From Candidatus Nanopelagicales bacterium (GTDB lineage: Bacteria; Actinomycetota; Actinomycetes; Nanopelagicales; Nanopelagicaceae): a DNA stretch of 47,304 bases. The translations under genes and the position numbers were made by a program. A model generated the notes under the pieces. The model saw only the letters and a list, made by a program, of their open reading frames with translations, was not told the DNA's origin and ran no database searches. Below are positions 38,786 to 46,820 of this stretch, piece after piece (the stretch's first letter is position 1; each line of letters begins with the position of its first letter). Location of the stretch: positions 1-47,304 of the forward strand of contig JBFYJK010000085.1 in NCBI GenBank assembly GCA_041311445.1, written 5' to 3'.

Positions 38786-39703
38786 TTAATTTGAATGAAG
38801 AATTGAATTTAAGCCGCCCCAAGAACCAGTCTTTGAAACTACTTCAAGCGCGCCAGTCTGAGAGTTGCGACGGAAAAGTAAATTATCTTCACCGCTTAAC
38901 TGTGCAGCTTTAACGACTTCGCCATCTGGCAGAGTTACTTTTGCTGCAGCGGTTACATATGTGCCAGCTTCGACAACACAATTATCGCCAAGTGAAATTC
39001 CAAGACCTGAATTAGCACCAAGAAGTGACTTCTCTCCAATAGAGATAACTTGCTTGCCGCCGCCAGATAGCGTTCCCATGATTGATGCGCCACCGCCAAT
39101 ATCACTGCCGTCTCCGACAACAACACCAGCGGAGATTCTTCCTTCGACCATTGAGGTACCAAGAGTTCCGGCATTGAAATTAACGAAACCTTCGTGCATA
39201 ACGGTGGTGCCGCTTGCTAAGTGCGCACCCAAGCGAACGCGATCGGCATCTGCAACGCGCACGCCAGTTGGAATTACATAATCAACCATGCGTGGGAATT
39301 TGTCGACTGAATAAACAGTTACTTGGCCATACTTAGCGCGCAATTTAGCGCGAACCATTTCGAATCCTTCAACTTCGCATGGACCAAAATTTGTCCAAAC
39401 CACATTCGCAAGTAACCCAAAGATGCCATCAAGTGATTGACCATGTGGTTTAACTAAACGGTGTGAAAGAAGATGTAAACGTAGGTATGCATCTTTAGCG
39501 TCAGCTGGCGCCTTATCGGTGTCAATTTCGACAGATACAACTTCACGCTTTACTCCGCGGATTTCGTCATTACCTGCAAGCGCGTTTAGCTCTGCAGATG
39601 GTTGACCGCTTAGAGGGGTGAGCGCTGGGTTTGGGTACCAAACATCCAGCACTACGCCGCTTGAGGTGATTGTCGCAATACCGTGACCTGATGCAATAGA
39701 CAT
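38786..39703 (-). CDS. dapD: 2,3,4,5-tetrahydropyridine-2,6-dicarboxylate N-succinyltransferase
   Basis: 305 aa. The N-terminal domain resembles actinobacterial DapD ([19 protein letters not shown]). The C-terminal half carries left-handed beta-helix hexapeptide repeats. Confidence 0.88.
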   Translation of the reverse strand: MSIASGHGIATITSSGVVLDVWYPNPALTPLSGQPSAELNALAGNDEIRGVKREVVSVEIDTDKAPADAKDAYLRLHLLSHRLVKPHGQSLDGIFGLLANVVWTNFGPCEVEGFEMVRAKLRAKYGQVTVYSVDKFPRMVDYVIPTGVRVADADRVRLGAHLASGTTVMHEGFVNFNAGTLGTSMVEGRISAGVVVGDGSDIGGGASIMGTLSGGGKQVISIGEKSLLGANSGLGISLGDNCVVEAGTYVTAAAKVTLPDGEVVKAAQLSGEDNLLFRRNSQTGALEVVSKTGSWGGLNSILHSN

Positions 39704-39709
39704 GTGCGC

Positions 39710-39715
39710 ATATTA
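39710..39715 (-). promoter_or_regulatory. candidate -10 hexamer TAATAT for leaderless dapD
   Basis: On the minus strand, TAATAT is followed by 6 nt (GCGCAC) and ATG 39703. The intergenic spacer to the LOG gene is only 16 bp. Confidence 0.4.
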
Positions 39716-39719
39716 GTCT
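39714..39719 (+). promoter_or_regulatory. candidate -10 hexamer TAGTCT for the leaderless LOG gene
   Basis: TAGTCT is followed by 6 nt and the second in-frame GTG (39726). It overlaps the dapD -10 candidate by 2 nt. Confidence 0.3.
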
Positions 39720-40259
39720 GTGCGAGTGCATATCAGCGTCTTCTGCTCATCATCGCCAACGATCGACGAGAAACATATTCAACTCGCCACCGATTTAGGC
39801 TCAGGTATCGCTGCTCGAAATTGGAACTTGGTGTCCGGTGGTGGGCGCGTTTCATGTATGGGCGCTGTCGCCAAAGCTGCGAGAGCAGGCGGCGCAAAAA
39901 CTATTGGCGTAATTCCAGATGCGCTAGTCAAGATTGAATTTGCGGATCACGATTCAGATGTTCTACATGTCGTAAAAGATATGCGCGAACGCAAAGGCAT
40001 GATCGAAGAGTTATCAGATGCTTTTGTTGTTCTACCTGGCGGCGCCGGAACCCTTGAAGAGTTATTTGAAATTTGGGTAGGGCGTTATTTGAAATTCCAT
40101 AATAAGCCAATCGTTATTTTGGATCCCTATGACCTATATAAACCATTGCTGGATTTGATCAATCACTTAGAGGGTGAAAATTTCGTTAAACCAGGCATGC
40201 AGGAATTAATTTTCTGGGCTCGCTCTGTCGATGAAGCGCTCAACCACATCGCGGTTTGA
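39720..40259 (+). CDS. LOG family protein (TIGR00730; nucleotide 5'-monophosphate phosphoribohydrolase)
   Basis: Motifs VSGGGRVSCMGAVA and PGGAGTLEE. The true start may be GTG 39726 (MHISVFCSSS...) if the transcript is leaderless. Confidence 0.88.
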   Translation: MRVHISVFCSSSPTIDEKHIQLATDLGSGIAARNWNLVSGGGRVSCMGAVAKAARAGGAKTIGVIPDALVKIEFADHDSDVLHVVKDMRERKGMIEELSDAFVVLPGGAGTLEELFEIWVGRYLKFHNKPIVILDPYDLYKPLLDLINHLEGENFVKPGMQELIFWARSVDEALNHIAV

Positions 40260-40260
40260 G

Positions 40261-40266
40261 TAAACT
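40261..40266 (+). promoter_or_regulatory. candidate -10 hexamer TAAACT before the sigma-region-4-only ORF
   Basis: TAAACT is followed by 8 nt and GTG 40275. No SD. It lies 2 nt after the LOG stop. Confidence 0.25.
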
Positions 40267-40274
40267 TTCTTATT

Positions 40275-40460
40275 GTGGAGCGTTTAATTGTGGAAGTTAT
40301 TCAATCGCTCCCTGAGGAGTACCAATTTGTGCTCCGTGCACATTACTTGGGCAATAAAAGCGCCGAAGAAATCGCAAAAATCTTAGGCGTACCCGCCGAA
40401 TCTGTGGCGCGAATCATTAAAGCGGGCAGAGCAGCCTTGGCCAGAGAGCTTGGTCTGTAA
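40275..40460 (+). CDS. stand-alone sigma-70 region 4-like HTH protein (61 aa)
   Basis: LPEEYQFVLRAHYLGNKSAEEIAKILGVPAESVARIIKAGRAALAREL matches the region 4.2 pattern of ECF sigma factors (LPxxxRxVxxLxxxxGxSxxEIAxxLGxxxGTVKSRxxRA). No region 2 is encoded upstream in any frame, because the LOG stop lies only 15 nt upstream. Confidence 0.5.
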   Translation: MERLIVEVIQSLPEEYQFVLRAHYLGNKSAEEIAKILGVPAESVARIIKAGRAALARELGL

Positions 40461-40536
40461 GGATCTTTAGCTCTCGATTTGTTAGGTGCCACTCAATACG
40501 AGATAATTAACCCCTTGTTCAACGGAGGGTTTTACT

Positions 40537-40716
40537 ATGGCAGCAATGAAGCCGCGCACAGGTGACGGACCTATGGAAGTCACTAAAGAGGCACGTAGCC
40601 TTGTTATGCGCATCCCTCTAGAAGGCGGCGGACGCCTAGTTGTTGAATTAAATGCAGAGGAAGCGGCAAACCTCGGTAGCTGCCTCCAGGCTGCAGTTCA
40701 ATTAATCAAGAAGTAA
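40537..40716 (+). CDS. DUF3117 family small conserved actinobacterial protein (59 aa; below the ORF-track cutoff)
   Basis: My own translation is MAAMKPRTGDGPMEVTKEARSLVMRIPLEGGGRLVVELNAEEAANLGSCLQAAVQLIKK*. GGAGGG lies 7 nt upstream of the ATG. From memory, MAAMKPRTGDGP...PLEGGGRLVVEL is the hallmark of the Rv1209-type protein. Confidence 0.85.
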   Translation: MAAMKPRTGDGPMEVTKEARSLVMRIPLEGGGRLVVELNAEEAANLGSCLQAAVQLIKK

Positions 40717-40739
40717 ACGAAAAACACCTCAACTCGGTG

Positions 40740-40745
40740 TAGTTT
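40740..40745 (+). promoter_or_regulatory. candidate -10 hexamer TAGTTT for leaderless pepA
   Basis: TAGTTT is followed by 7 nt (TACGCGC) and ATG 40753. No SD. Confidence 0.4.
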
Positions 40746-40752
40746 TACGCGC

Positions 40753-42198
40753 ATGCTAACTTTCAAGCGCGCAGATAAGCTCTCGAAAAAAGCCAACCAA
40801 ATCTTCCTTCCAGTAATCGAGGGAAAAGTTGCTGCGCCAGAAATCGCAGAGCTATTCGATTTAAATCTGGCAGATGAATTAGCTTTCATCGCGCCGAGCG
40901 ATAAGCCGCTCAAAGCCGGCGAAATTTTCGAAATCCCCGTAAGCGCTTCTGGTTACCAATGCGATCGTCTGCATTTTGTTTCGCTTGGCAAATTATCTAG
41001 CGCAGACTTACGCGCTGCAGGTGCTGCGATGGGTCGCAAATTGCGCGGCAAAGACCTAGAAGTTTTTCTAAATACAAACTTGAAGTCTGCGCAGATTAAG
41101 AGCCTTCTAGTTTCAATGAACTTAGGCAACTTCACTTGGAATTTAAAAACTGGTGCAAAAGCACTAACAGCCAAAGTAGAAGTTGCAAATATCGATGAGA
41201 GCACAATCAACTCTGCACAAATTGTCTCTGATGCGGTAAATCGCGCTCGCTCTTTGATTCACACACCTTCCAACATCAAGAATCCAGAGTGGATGGCTAA
41301 GCAAGCGAAGAAGTTTGCAAATGGCGTAAAGGTAGAAGTGAAATCTGGCGCAGAGCTTAAAGAGTTCGGTGGCTTACGCGCAGTCGGTGGTTCGGTACCA
41401 AAACCAGGCCCACGTTTTATCAAGATGACTTACGCGCCAAATAACTCAAGAGCTAAACACTTGCAGCATATCGTCTTGGTTGGTAAAGGGATTACTTATG
41501 ACACCGGCGGAATTTCATTAAAACGTCCTTACGACATCATGATTCCGATGAAGAGCGATATGGCTGGCGCCGCTGCATGTTTAGCGGTTATGAGTGCACT
41601 TAAAGATATAAAAGCGAATGTAAAAGTAACAGCGCTATTGATGTGTGCTGAAAATGCAGTGTCATCAACTGCTCAACGCCCTGGTGACGTGATTACTCAT
41701 TACGGCGGAAAAACAGTTGAAGTTTTAAACACAGATGCCGAGGGACGTTTGGTCCTTGCAGATGGCCTTGCGTATGCAGTTAAGAATCTAAAACCAGATT
41801 ACTTATTAGATATTGCAACGTTAACTGGTTCAGCAACACTTGGACTCGGTAAGCAATATGCAGCGCTTTATTCCAGAAATCCAAAGTGGATCAAGGCGCT
41901 TCGCGAAGCCGGAGAAGTTTCGGGCGATCGCGTCTGGCACATGCCACTAATCGATGATTATCAAATTGCACTTGAATCAGATATTGCTGATATCAATCAC
42001 ACCGCAGATAAAGGCGATTTCAACGGTGGATCTATTACTGCAGCGCTCTTCTTAGAAGAGTTCGTAGGCGAAGTTAATTGGGCCCACTTAGATATTGCTG
42101 GCGTGGGTAGAGCAGAGGGTGATGCCGGCGAGAATCCAAAGGGTGGCACTGGCTGGGGAGTACGTCTACTTCTTGAATGGATCGGTTCATTTAAATGA
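40753..42198 (+). CDS. pepA: leucyl aminopeptidase (M17 family)
   Basis: 481 aa. Motifs VGKGITYDTGGISLK and NTDAEGRLVLAD. Confidence 0.93.
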   Translation: MLTFKRADKLSKKANQIFLPVIEGKVAAPEIAELFDLNLADELAFIAPSDKPLKAGEIFEIPVSASGYQCDRLHFVSLGKLSSADLRAAGAAMGRKLRGKDLEVFLNTNLKSAQIKSLLVSMNLGNFTWNLKTGAKALTAKVEVANIDESTINSAQIVSDAVNRARSLIHTPSNIKNPEWMAKQAKKFANGVKVEVKSGAELKEFGGLRAVGGSVPKPGPRFIKMTYAPNNSRAKHLQHIVLVGKGITYDTGGISLKRPYDIMIPMKSDMAGAAACLAVMSALKDIKANVKVTALLMCAENAVSSTAQRPGDVITHYGGKTVEVLNTDAEGRLVLADGLAYAVKNLKPDYLLDIATLTGSATLGLGKQYAALYSRNPKWIKALREAGEVSGDRVWHMPLIDDYQIALESDIADINHTADKGDFNGGSITAALFLEEFVGEVNWAHLDIAGVGRAEGDAGENPKGGTGWGVRLLLEWIGSFK

Positions 42199-42821
42199 AA
42201 TTTGATTTAGCGCAATTCTCAGATCTCTACATTCCAGAAGATCCACATCAAAATGTCGCTCGCGAAAAAGGCATTGAACTTGGAGTTGTAGATGCAACTC
42301 CTGGCTCTGGTGCCTATTTGAAATATGTTGCTTCACTTATTTCAGCGCAATCAGTTGTCGAAATTGGCACAGGCTCTGGAGTCGGAACACTCTGGTTACT
42401 CAAAGGAGTAATGAGCTCTGGTGTTATCACCACAATTGATCCTGAAGTGCAGCACACACAAATTGCGAAGCAATCTTTGGTTGATGCAGATGTTGCGCCA
42501 AATCGATATCGTTTAATCACAAGCGATTACTTAGATGTAATGCGCAAGCTTGCTGATCGTGGTTACGACCTAGTTGTATTCCGCGGTAATCCTGAAGATA
42601 TTTTCGATGTAATTGATGAAGCGCATCGCATCTTGCGAGTCGGTGGCATCTTGGCGATTGACCATTTCTTTGGCGGTGGCAAAGTTCCAGATCCAGCGCA
42701 GCGTGACCCAAAGACAGTAGCGCTTCGCGATGCGGGTAAATTCCTAAAGTCGCAGAGTGAGGCTTGGTCTATCTCACTTAACCCAGTAGGCGACGCAGTT
42801 TTACTCGCGACCAAACTATAA
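42195..42821 (+). CDS. class I SAM-dependent O-methyltransferase (caffeoyl-CoA OMT-like)
   Basis: 208 aa with the SAM motif VVEIGTGSGVGTLWL. ATGA overlap with pepA. From memory, it occupies the same position as Rv1220c in mycobacteria. Confidence 0.85.
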   Translation: MKFDLAQFSDLYIPEDPHQNVAREKGIELGVVDATPGSGAYLKYVASLISAQSVVEIGTGSGVGTLWLLKGVMSSGVITTIDPEVQHTQIAKQSLVDADVAPNRYRLITSDYLDVMRKLADRGYDLVVFRGNPEDIFDVIDEAHRILRVGGILAIDHFFGGGKVPDPAQRDPKTVALRDAGKFLKSQSEAWSISLNPVGDAVLLATKL

Positions 42822-42822
42822 A

Positions 42823-42828
42823 TACCCT
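42823..42828 (+). promoter_or_regulatory. candidate -10 hexamer TACCCT before tatB
   Basis: TANNNT is followed by 6 nt and ATG 42835. No SD. The match is weak and could arise by chance. Confidence 0.2.
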
Positions 42829-42834
42829 TAGCGC

Positions 42835-43140
42835 ATGTTCGGAGATCTAGGGTTTGGCGAATTAATCGGATTAGCCATCCTTGCGCTATTTCTAGTTGGT
42901 CCAGATCGACTACCTACTCTTGCTGCAGATGCCGCAAAGTTAGTTAAGAAATTGCGCGCATATGCAGTAAGTGCAACCGACCAGATTAAAGATTCGCTGG
43001 GACCAGGATACGAAGATTTAAAACCCGAAGATTTACACCCAAAAACCTTCATCAAGAAGCAGCTAAATGAAGCTCTTAGAGATGATGCCAAGCTCGCGCC
43101 TAAGAAAACCAGCGCCAAATTAGATCCGGAAATGTTATGA
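42835..43140 (+). CDS. tatB: Sec-independent protein translocase subunit TatB
   Basis: 101 aa. N-terminus MFGDLGFGELIGLAILALFLVGPDRLP, followed by an amphipathic helix. Confidence 0.85.
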   Translation: MFGDLGFGELIGLAILALFLVGPDRLPTLAADAAKLVKKLRAYAVSATDQIKDSLGPGYEDLKPEDLHPKTFIKKQLNEALRDDAKLAPKKTSAKLDPEML

Positions 43141-44249
43141 GCCAATTATTAGATGCCCTTAGCAAAGTTATTGACCCTGAATTACGTCGATCAATTACTG
43201 AATTGGGAATGGTCGAAAGAGCAGAGCTAAGCAATGGTCGCGCCGATATCAAAGTCCTGCTCACAATTGCTGGATGCCCAATGCGTGAAACTTTAACTAA
43301 CGATATTCAAAAAGCGTTGGGCGAAGTTCCAGAAGTAAAGGAGATTGCTCTCGAATACGGCGTAATGAATGAAGAGCAACGCGAAAAGGTTCGCGAAATT
43401 GTGCGCGGTGGCAAAGCAAAAGAAATTCCATTTGCGCGACCTGATTCATTAACGCGCGTAATTGGTGTTTCATCTGGAAAAGGTGGAGTAGGTAAATCTT
43501 CACTTACAACCAACTTAGCTATCGCTGTTGCAAAAGAAGGTTTCAACGTTGGCATCTTGGATGCAGATGTTTACGGACATTCAATTCCGCGTTTACTTGG
43601 AATTATCGGCCAACGCCCAACTGCGATTGATGAAATGTTTATTCCATTGGAAAGCCATGGCGTTAAGTGCGTTTCTATGGAAATGTTCAAACCAGATCGC
43701 GCAGATGCGGTCGCATATCGTGGACCAATTCTTCATAAGGTACTTTCGCAATTACTTACCGATGCATATTGGGGCGATTTAGATTTCTTATTCCTTGACT
43801 TGCCACCTGGAACTGGCGATCTTGCAATCTCACTTGGCCAATTAATTCCTGGCTCTGAATTGATTGTGGTGACTACTCCACAAGTTGCGGCCGCTGAAGT
43901 TGCAGAACGTTCTGGTCGAATTGCACACCAGATGAAGCAGCAGATTGTTGGCGTTATTGAAAACATGTCAGCATTCCCTTGCCCTAAGTGCGGCGAGAAG
44001 ATCGAACTATTTGGAAGTGGAGGCGGCGAAGCTACAGCGGAACGTCTTAGCCAATTAGTAGGCGCAGAGGTTCCAGTACTTGGCCATGTTCCATTTAGCC
44101 AGGCACTTCGAAATGGTGGAGATGGTGGCCAACCTGTAGTTATGGCCGCTGAATCAGATCCATCTGCAAAAGCAATTACCGAAATTGCTTCAAAATTAAC
44201 TGCTCGCAAGAAATCTCTCCTTGGGGTTCCGCTTAAATTAAACGTTTGA
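43137..44249 (+). CDS. mrp: Mrp/ApbC-type Fe-S cluster carrier ATPase
   Basis: 370 aa. N-terminal DUF59-like domain, deviant Walker A SGKGGVGKSS and CxxC (FPCPKCGE). ATGA overlap with tatB. Confidence 0.93.
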   Translation: MSQLLDALSKVIDPELRRSITELGMVERAELSNGRADIKVLLTIAGCPMRETLTNDIQKALGEVPEVKEIALEYGVMNEEQREKVREIVRGGKAKEIPFARPDSLTRVIGVSSGKGGVGKSSLTTNLAIAVAKEGFNVGILDADVYGHSIPRLLGIIGQRPTAIDEMFIPLESHGVKCVSMEMFKPDRADAVAYRGPILHKVLSQLLTDAYWGDLDFLFLDLPPGTGDLAISLGQLIPGSELIVVTTPQVAAAEVAERSGRIAHQMKQQIVGVIENMSAFPCPKCGEKIELFGSGGGEATAERLSQLVGAEVPVLGHVPFSQALRNGGDGGQPVVMAAESDPSAKAITEIASKLTARKKSLLGVPLKLNV

Positions 44250-44264
44250 GCTTCTAGCCTCAAT

Positions 44265-44270
44265 TAGAAT
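44265..44270 (+). promoter_or_regulatory. candidate -10 hexamer TAGAAT for the MgtE_N-CBS / NRMT-like / EamA unit
   Basis: TAGAAT is followed by 7 nt (TCGCGGT) and ATG 44278. No SD. Confidence 0.45.
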
Positions 44271-44277
44271 TCGCGGT

Positions 44278-45579
44278 ATGACAAAGACCGCGACCCCAGC
44301 AAAAGCGGTCCTTACTCGAAAAGGTATCCAGGGATCCTTGGTATCTGTGGCCGGAATTATTGGTCGCCCTGTAAAAGATCAAGATGGCAAAGATTTAGGA
44401 AAGCTGCTTGATTTCGTGGTGCGCCACGGTGGCGAGACTTATCCACCAGTATCTGGACTAATCGTAAGAGTTGCAGGACGCCGCGCTTATATCGATGGTG
44501 CGCGCATTGCAAAGTTAACTAACGATGAAATTACTTTATCTTCAGCAAAAGTTAATTTAACCGAATATCAGCGTCGCACTGGCGAACAGCTATTAGATGG
44601 CGATGTTTTGGATCATCAAATTGTTGATGTTAATGGTCTACGTGTAGTTCGCACTTCAGATCTCTATTTAGCGCCACTAGATAAAGAGATTCGACTTGTA
44701 GGCGTTGACGTATCGTTCCGTTCTTTTGTTCGACGTATTTTCCCAGGCACTTTTGGTCGTAAACCAGGTGTGGATCAAGTAATTGATTGGGCGAGCGTTG
44801 CATCGTTGGCGGACGATGGAGGCGTGGTTCGTACTACCGCAACTCGCGAAGCACTTAGCAAGCTACGTCCTGCAGATATTGCCGACATCATTGAAGATTT
44901 AGAAGGTCGCGAACAGAGCGCTCTTATCGAATTGCTTGATCCAGATCTTGCAGCTGACGCTCTCGAAGAGATGGAAGACGATGAACTTCAAGGTTTGCTT
45001 CGCGGTATTTCAGACGAACGCGCAGCGGAACTCTTGTCGCACATGGAACCGGATGAATCAGCTGAAGTACTTCGTGACTTGGATGATGAGCACTCCGAAA
45101 GTATTTTGGCTCAAATGGCGCCAGCAATGGCAAAGCAACTTCGCCGACTAGTTGAATTTGATGAGACACATGCCGGCGGCATCATGACCACACACATGTT
45201 GATTGTTAAAGAGAGCGACACCGTTTCTGATGCGCTGAAACTATTAGTTGAGCATCGCGAACGCGACATCTCGGATGGCGTTACGGTTGTTGATTCAAAG
45301 GGTAAATTGCTCGATCACATCCAAATTATCGAACTTATTGCGGCAAAACCATCTGAAAAATTGGAAACACTAGTGAAAGCTCCATTCCCAACTGCAGTAG
45401 GAATTGAAACCTCGCTTGATGATGTGATTGAAGAATTCTCTAACAACCGCGGATCATCAGTAATTGTGGTTGATGAAAAGGGCAAACCAGTTGGAAGAAT
45501 TTTGGCCGATGACATTATCGATGCAATGGTTCCGGCTGAGTCTTCAGGATTTGCGCAGGGAAGTGGTGCGCTTTCATGA
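44278..45579 (+). CDS. soluble MgtE-like regulatory protein (PRC-barrel-like N-terminus + MgtE_N domain + CBS pair, no membrane domain)
   Basis: 433 aa. Acidic helical region DIIEDLEGREQSALIELLDPDLAADALEEMEDDELQGLL...EPDESAEVLRDLDDEHSESILAQM, linker THAGGIMTTHMLIV, and a second CBS motif GSSVIVVDEKGKPVGRILADDIIDAM. There are no hydrophobic helices. Confidence 0.88.
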   Translation: MTKTATPAKAVLTRKGIQGSLVSVAGIIGRPVKDQDGKDLGKLLDFVVRHGGETYPPVSGLIVRVAGRRAYIDGARIAKLTNDEITLSSAKVNLTEYQRRTGEQLLDGDVLDHQIVDVNGLRVVRTSDLYLAPLDKEIRLVGVDVSFRSFVRRIFPGTFGRKPGVDQVIDWASVASLADDGGVVRTTATREALSKLRPADIADIIEDLEGREQSALIELLDPDLAADALEEMEDDELQGLLRGISDERAAELLSHMEPDESAEVLRDLDDEHSESILAQMAPAMAKQLRRLVEFDETHAGGIMTTHMLIVKESDTVSDALKLLVEHRERDISDGVTVVDSKGKLLDHIQIIELIAAKPSEKLETLVKAPFPTAVGIETSLDDVIEEFSNNRGSSVIVVDEKGKPVGRILADDIIDAMVPAESSGFAQGSGALS

Positions 45580-46820
45580 GCAATAAATTAGATTCTCGTA
45601 AATTGCGCTTAGGCGCATTTCTTGCTGTTATGGGCCCAGGAATTATTGCTGGACTTTCAGATGATGATCCTGCAGGTATCACTACCTACTCACAACTTGG
45701 TGCGCAATTTGGTTACCAATTACTTTGGACACTCGGTGTTTCAACTATCGCGTTGATTCTTTTCCAGGATCTTGGCGCACGAATCGGTGTGGTTACTCGC
45801 CAAGGTTTAGTTGGGCTGGTGCGCCAGAAGTACGGTGCACGTTCTGGAATGTTAAGTGCGCTTGCGTTGGTTCTTGCCAATATCGGCACCATGACAGCGG
45901 AGTTTGCTGGTATTGCTGCAGCTGGAAATTTATTTGGAGTCTCTAAGTACATTACCGTGCCGCTTGCTGGAATTGTGGTTTCATTCTTAGTACTTCGCGG
46001 CAGCTTTGCGCGCGTTGAAAAAGTTTTCTTCTTACTTGCATCGGTTTTCATTGCTTATGTAATTGCTGGCTTTATGGCAAAACCAGATTGGTCTGCAGCA
46101 GCACAAGGGCTATTGGTTCCATCAATGCCGCTAAGTCGCGACGCACTCTTTATTGCGACTGCAACTCTCGGTACAACTTTGGCACCATGGGGTTTGGCTT
46201 TTATACAGAGCTACGCTGTCGATAAGCGTCTAACTAAAGAAGATTTAAAGTTGCTCCGAGTAGATGTTTGGACTGGCTCACTTTTAACCGGAATTATTGG
46301 CTTTTTCGTAGTTATTACCTGCGCAGCTACTTTAAACGGAAGTGGCCAGACCACTATCAATGATGCAGCCCAGGCTGCAGTTGCGCTAAAGCCACTAGCT
46401 GGAACGCTGGCGAAAGAGTTATTTGCAGTGGGTCTAATTGGTGCAGCTTTACTTGCGGCATCAATTTTGCCGCTATCAACTGCCTATGCAGTTACAGATC
46501 TAACCGGTCGTCCAGCTGCGCTGGATGACAAAGTTGATGAAGCTCCACTTTTCTATGCAACTTTTGCAGCAATCACAATCGTCGCAGCTTCTTTAGTTTT
46601 GATTCCAGGTGCGCCTTTGATTCGTATCTTGGTTTTGACTCAGATTCTTAATGCAATCTTGTTACTGCCATTATTGATCTACATGTTTGGCATTGCCCGA
46701 GATGGACGACTAATGGGCGAGTACAAAGCCTCAAATCGAATGTTGGGTGTTTACGCAATTATTATCGGACTTATCTTTCTCTGCGTTGGCACGTTGCTCT
46801 GGTTTACATTCGCAGGATGA
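45576..46820 (+). CDS. NRAMP/SLC11-fold transporter with NRMT-type (Mg2+-like) metal-site residues
   Basis: 414 aa polytopic protein. TM1 reads VMGPGIIAGLSDDDPAGITTY against the canonical ...DPGN.... TM6 reads ATLGTTLAPWGLAF against the canonical ...GATVMPHNLY.... ATGA overlaps with both neighbours. Confidence 0.85.
   Translation: MSNKLDSRKLRLGAFLAVMGPGIIAGLSDDDPAGITTYSQLGAQFGYQLLWTLGVSTIALILFQDLGARIGVVTRQGLVGLVRQKYGARSGMLSALALVLANIGTMTAEFAGIAAAGNLFGVSKYITVPLAGIVVSFLVLRGSFARVEKVFFLLASVFIAYVIAGFMAKPDWSAAAQGLLVPSMPLSRDALFIATATLGTTLAPWGLAFIQSYAVDKRLTKEDLKLLRVDVWTGSLLTGIIGFFVVITCAATLNGSGQTTINDAAQAAVALKPLAGTLAKELFAVGLIGAALLAASILPLSTAYAVTDLTGRPAALDDKVDEAPLFYATFAAITIVAASLVLIPGAPLIRILVLTQILNAILLLPLLIYMFGIARDGRLMGEYKASNRMLGVYAIIIGLIFLCVGTLLWFTFAG

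Noticed and set aside
38778-38791. Perfect 14-bp AT palindrome AATTAATATTAATT between SpoIID and dapD.
   Set aside because: It consists of the two convergent TAA stop codons and their AT-rich surroundings. An all-A/T stem has negligible stability, so it is probably a by-product of stop-codon packing.
43733-44263. 176-aa minus-strand ORF antisense to mrp. Similar long antisense ORFs occur at 38865..39281, 16164..16565, 19135..19578, 31768..32142, 26287..26664, 22372..22737 and 10235..10540.
   Set aside because: Each lies entirely inside a confidently identified gene on the other strand. Their compositions are low-complexity and Ser/Pro/Ala/Arg-rich, typical of antisense frames. They have no start-site signals and no recognisable motifs.
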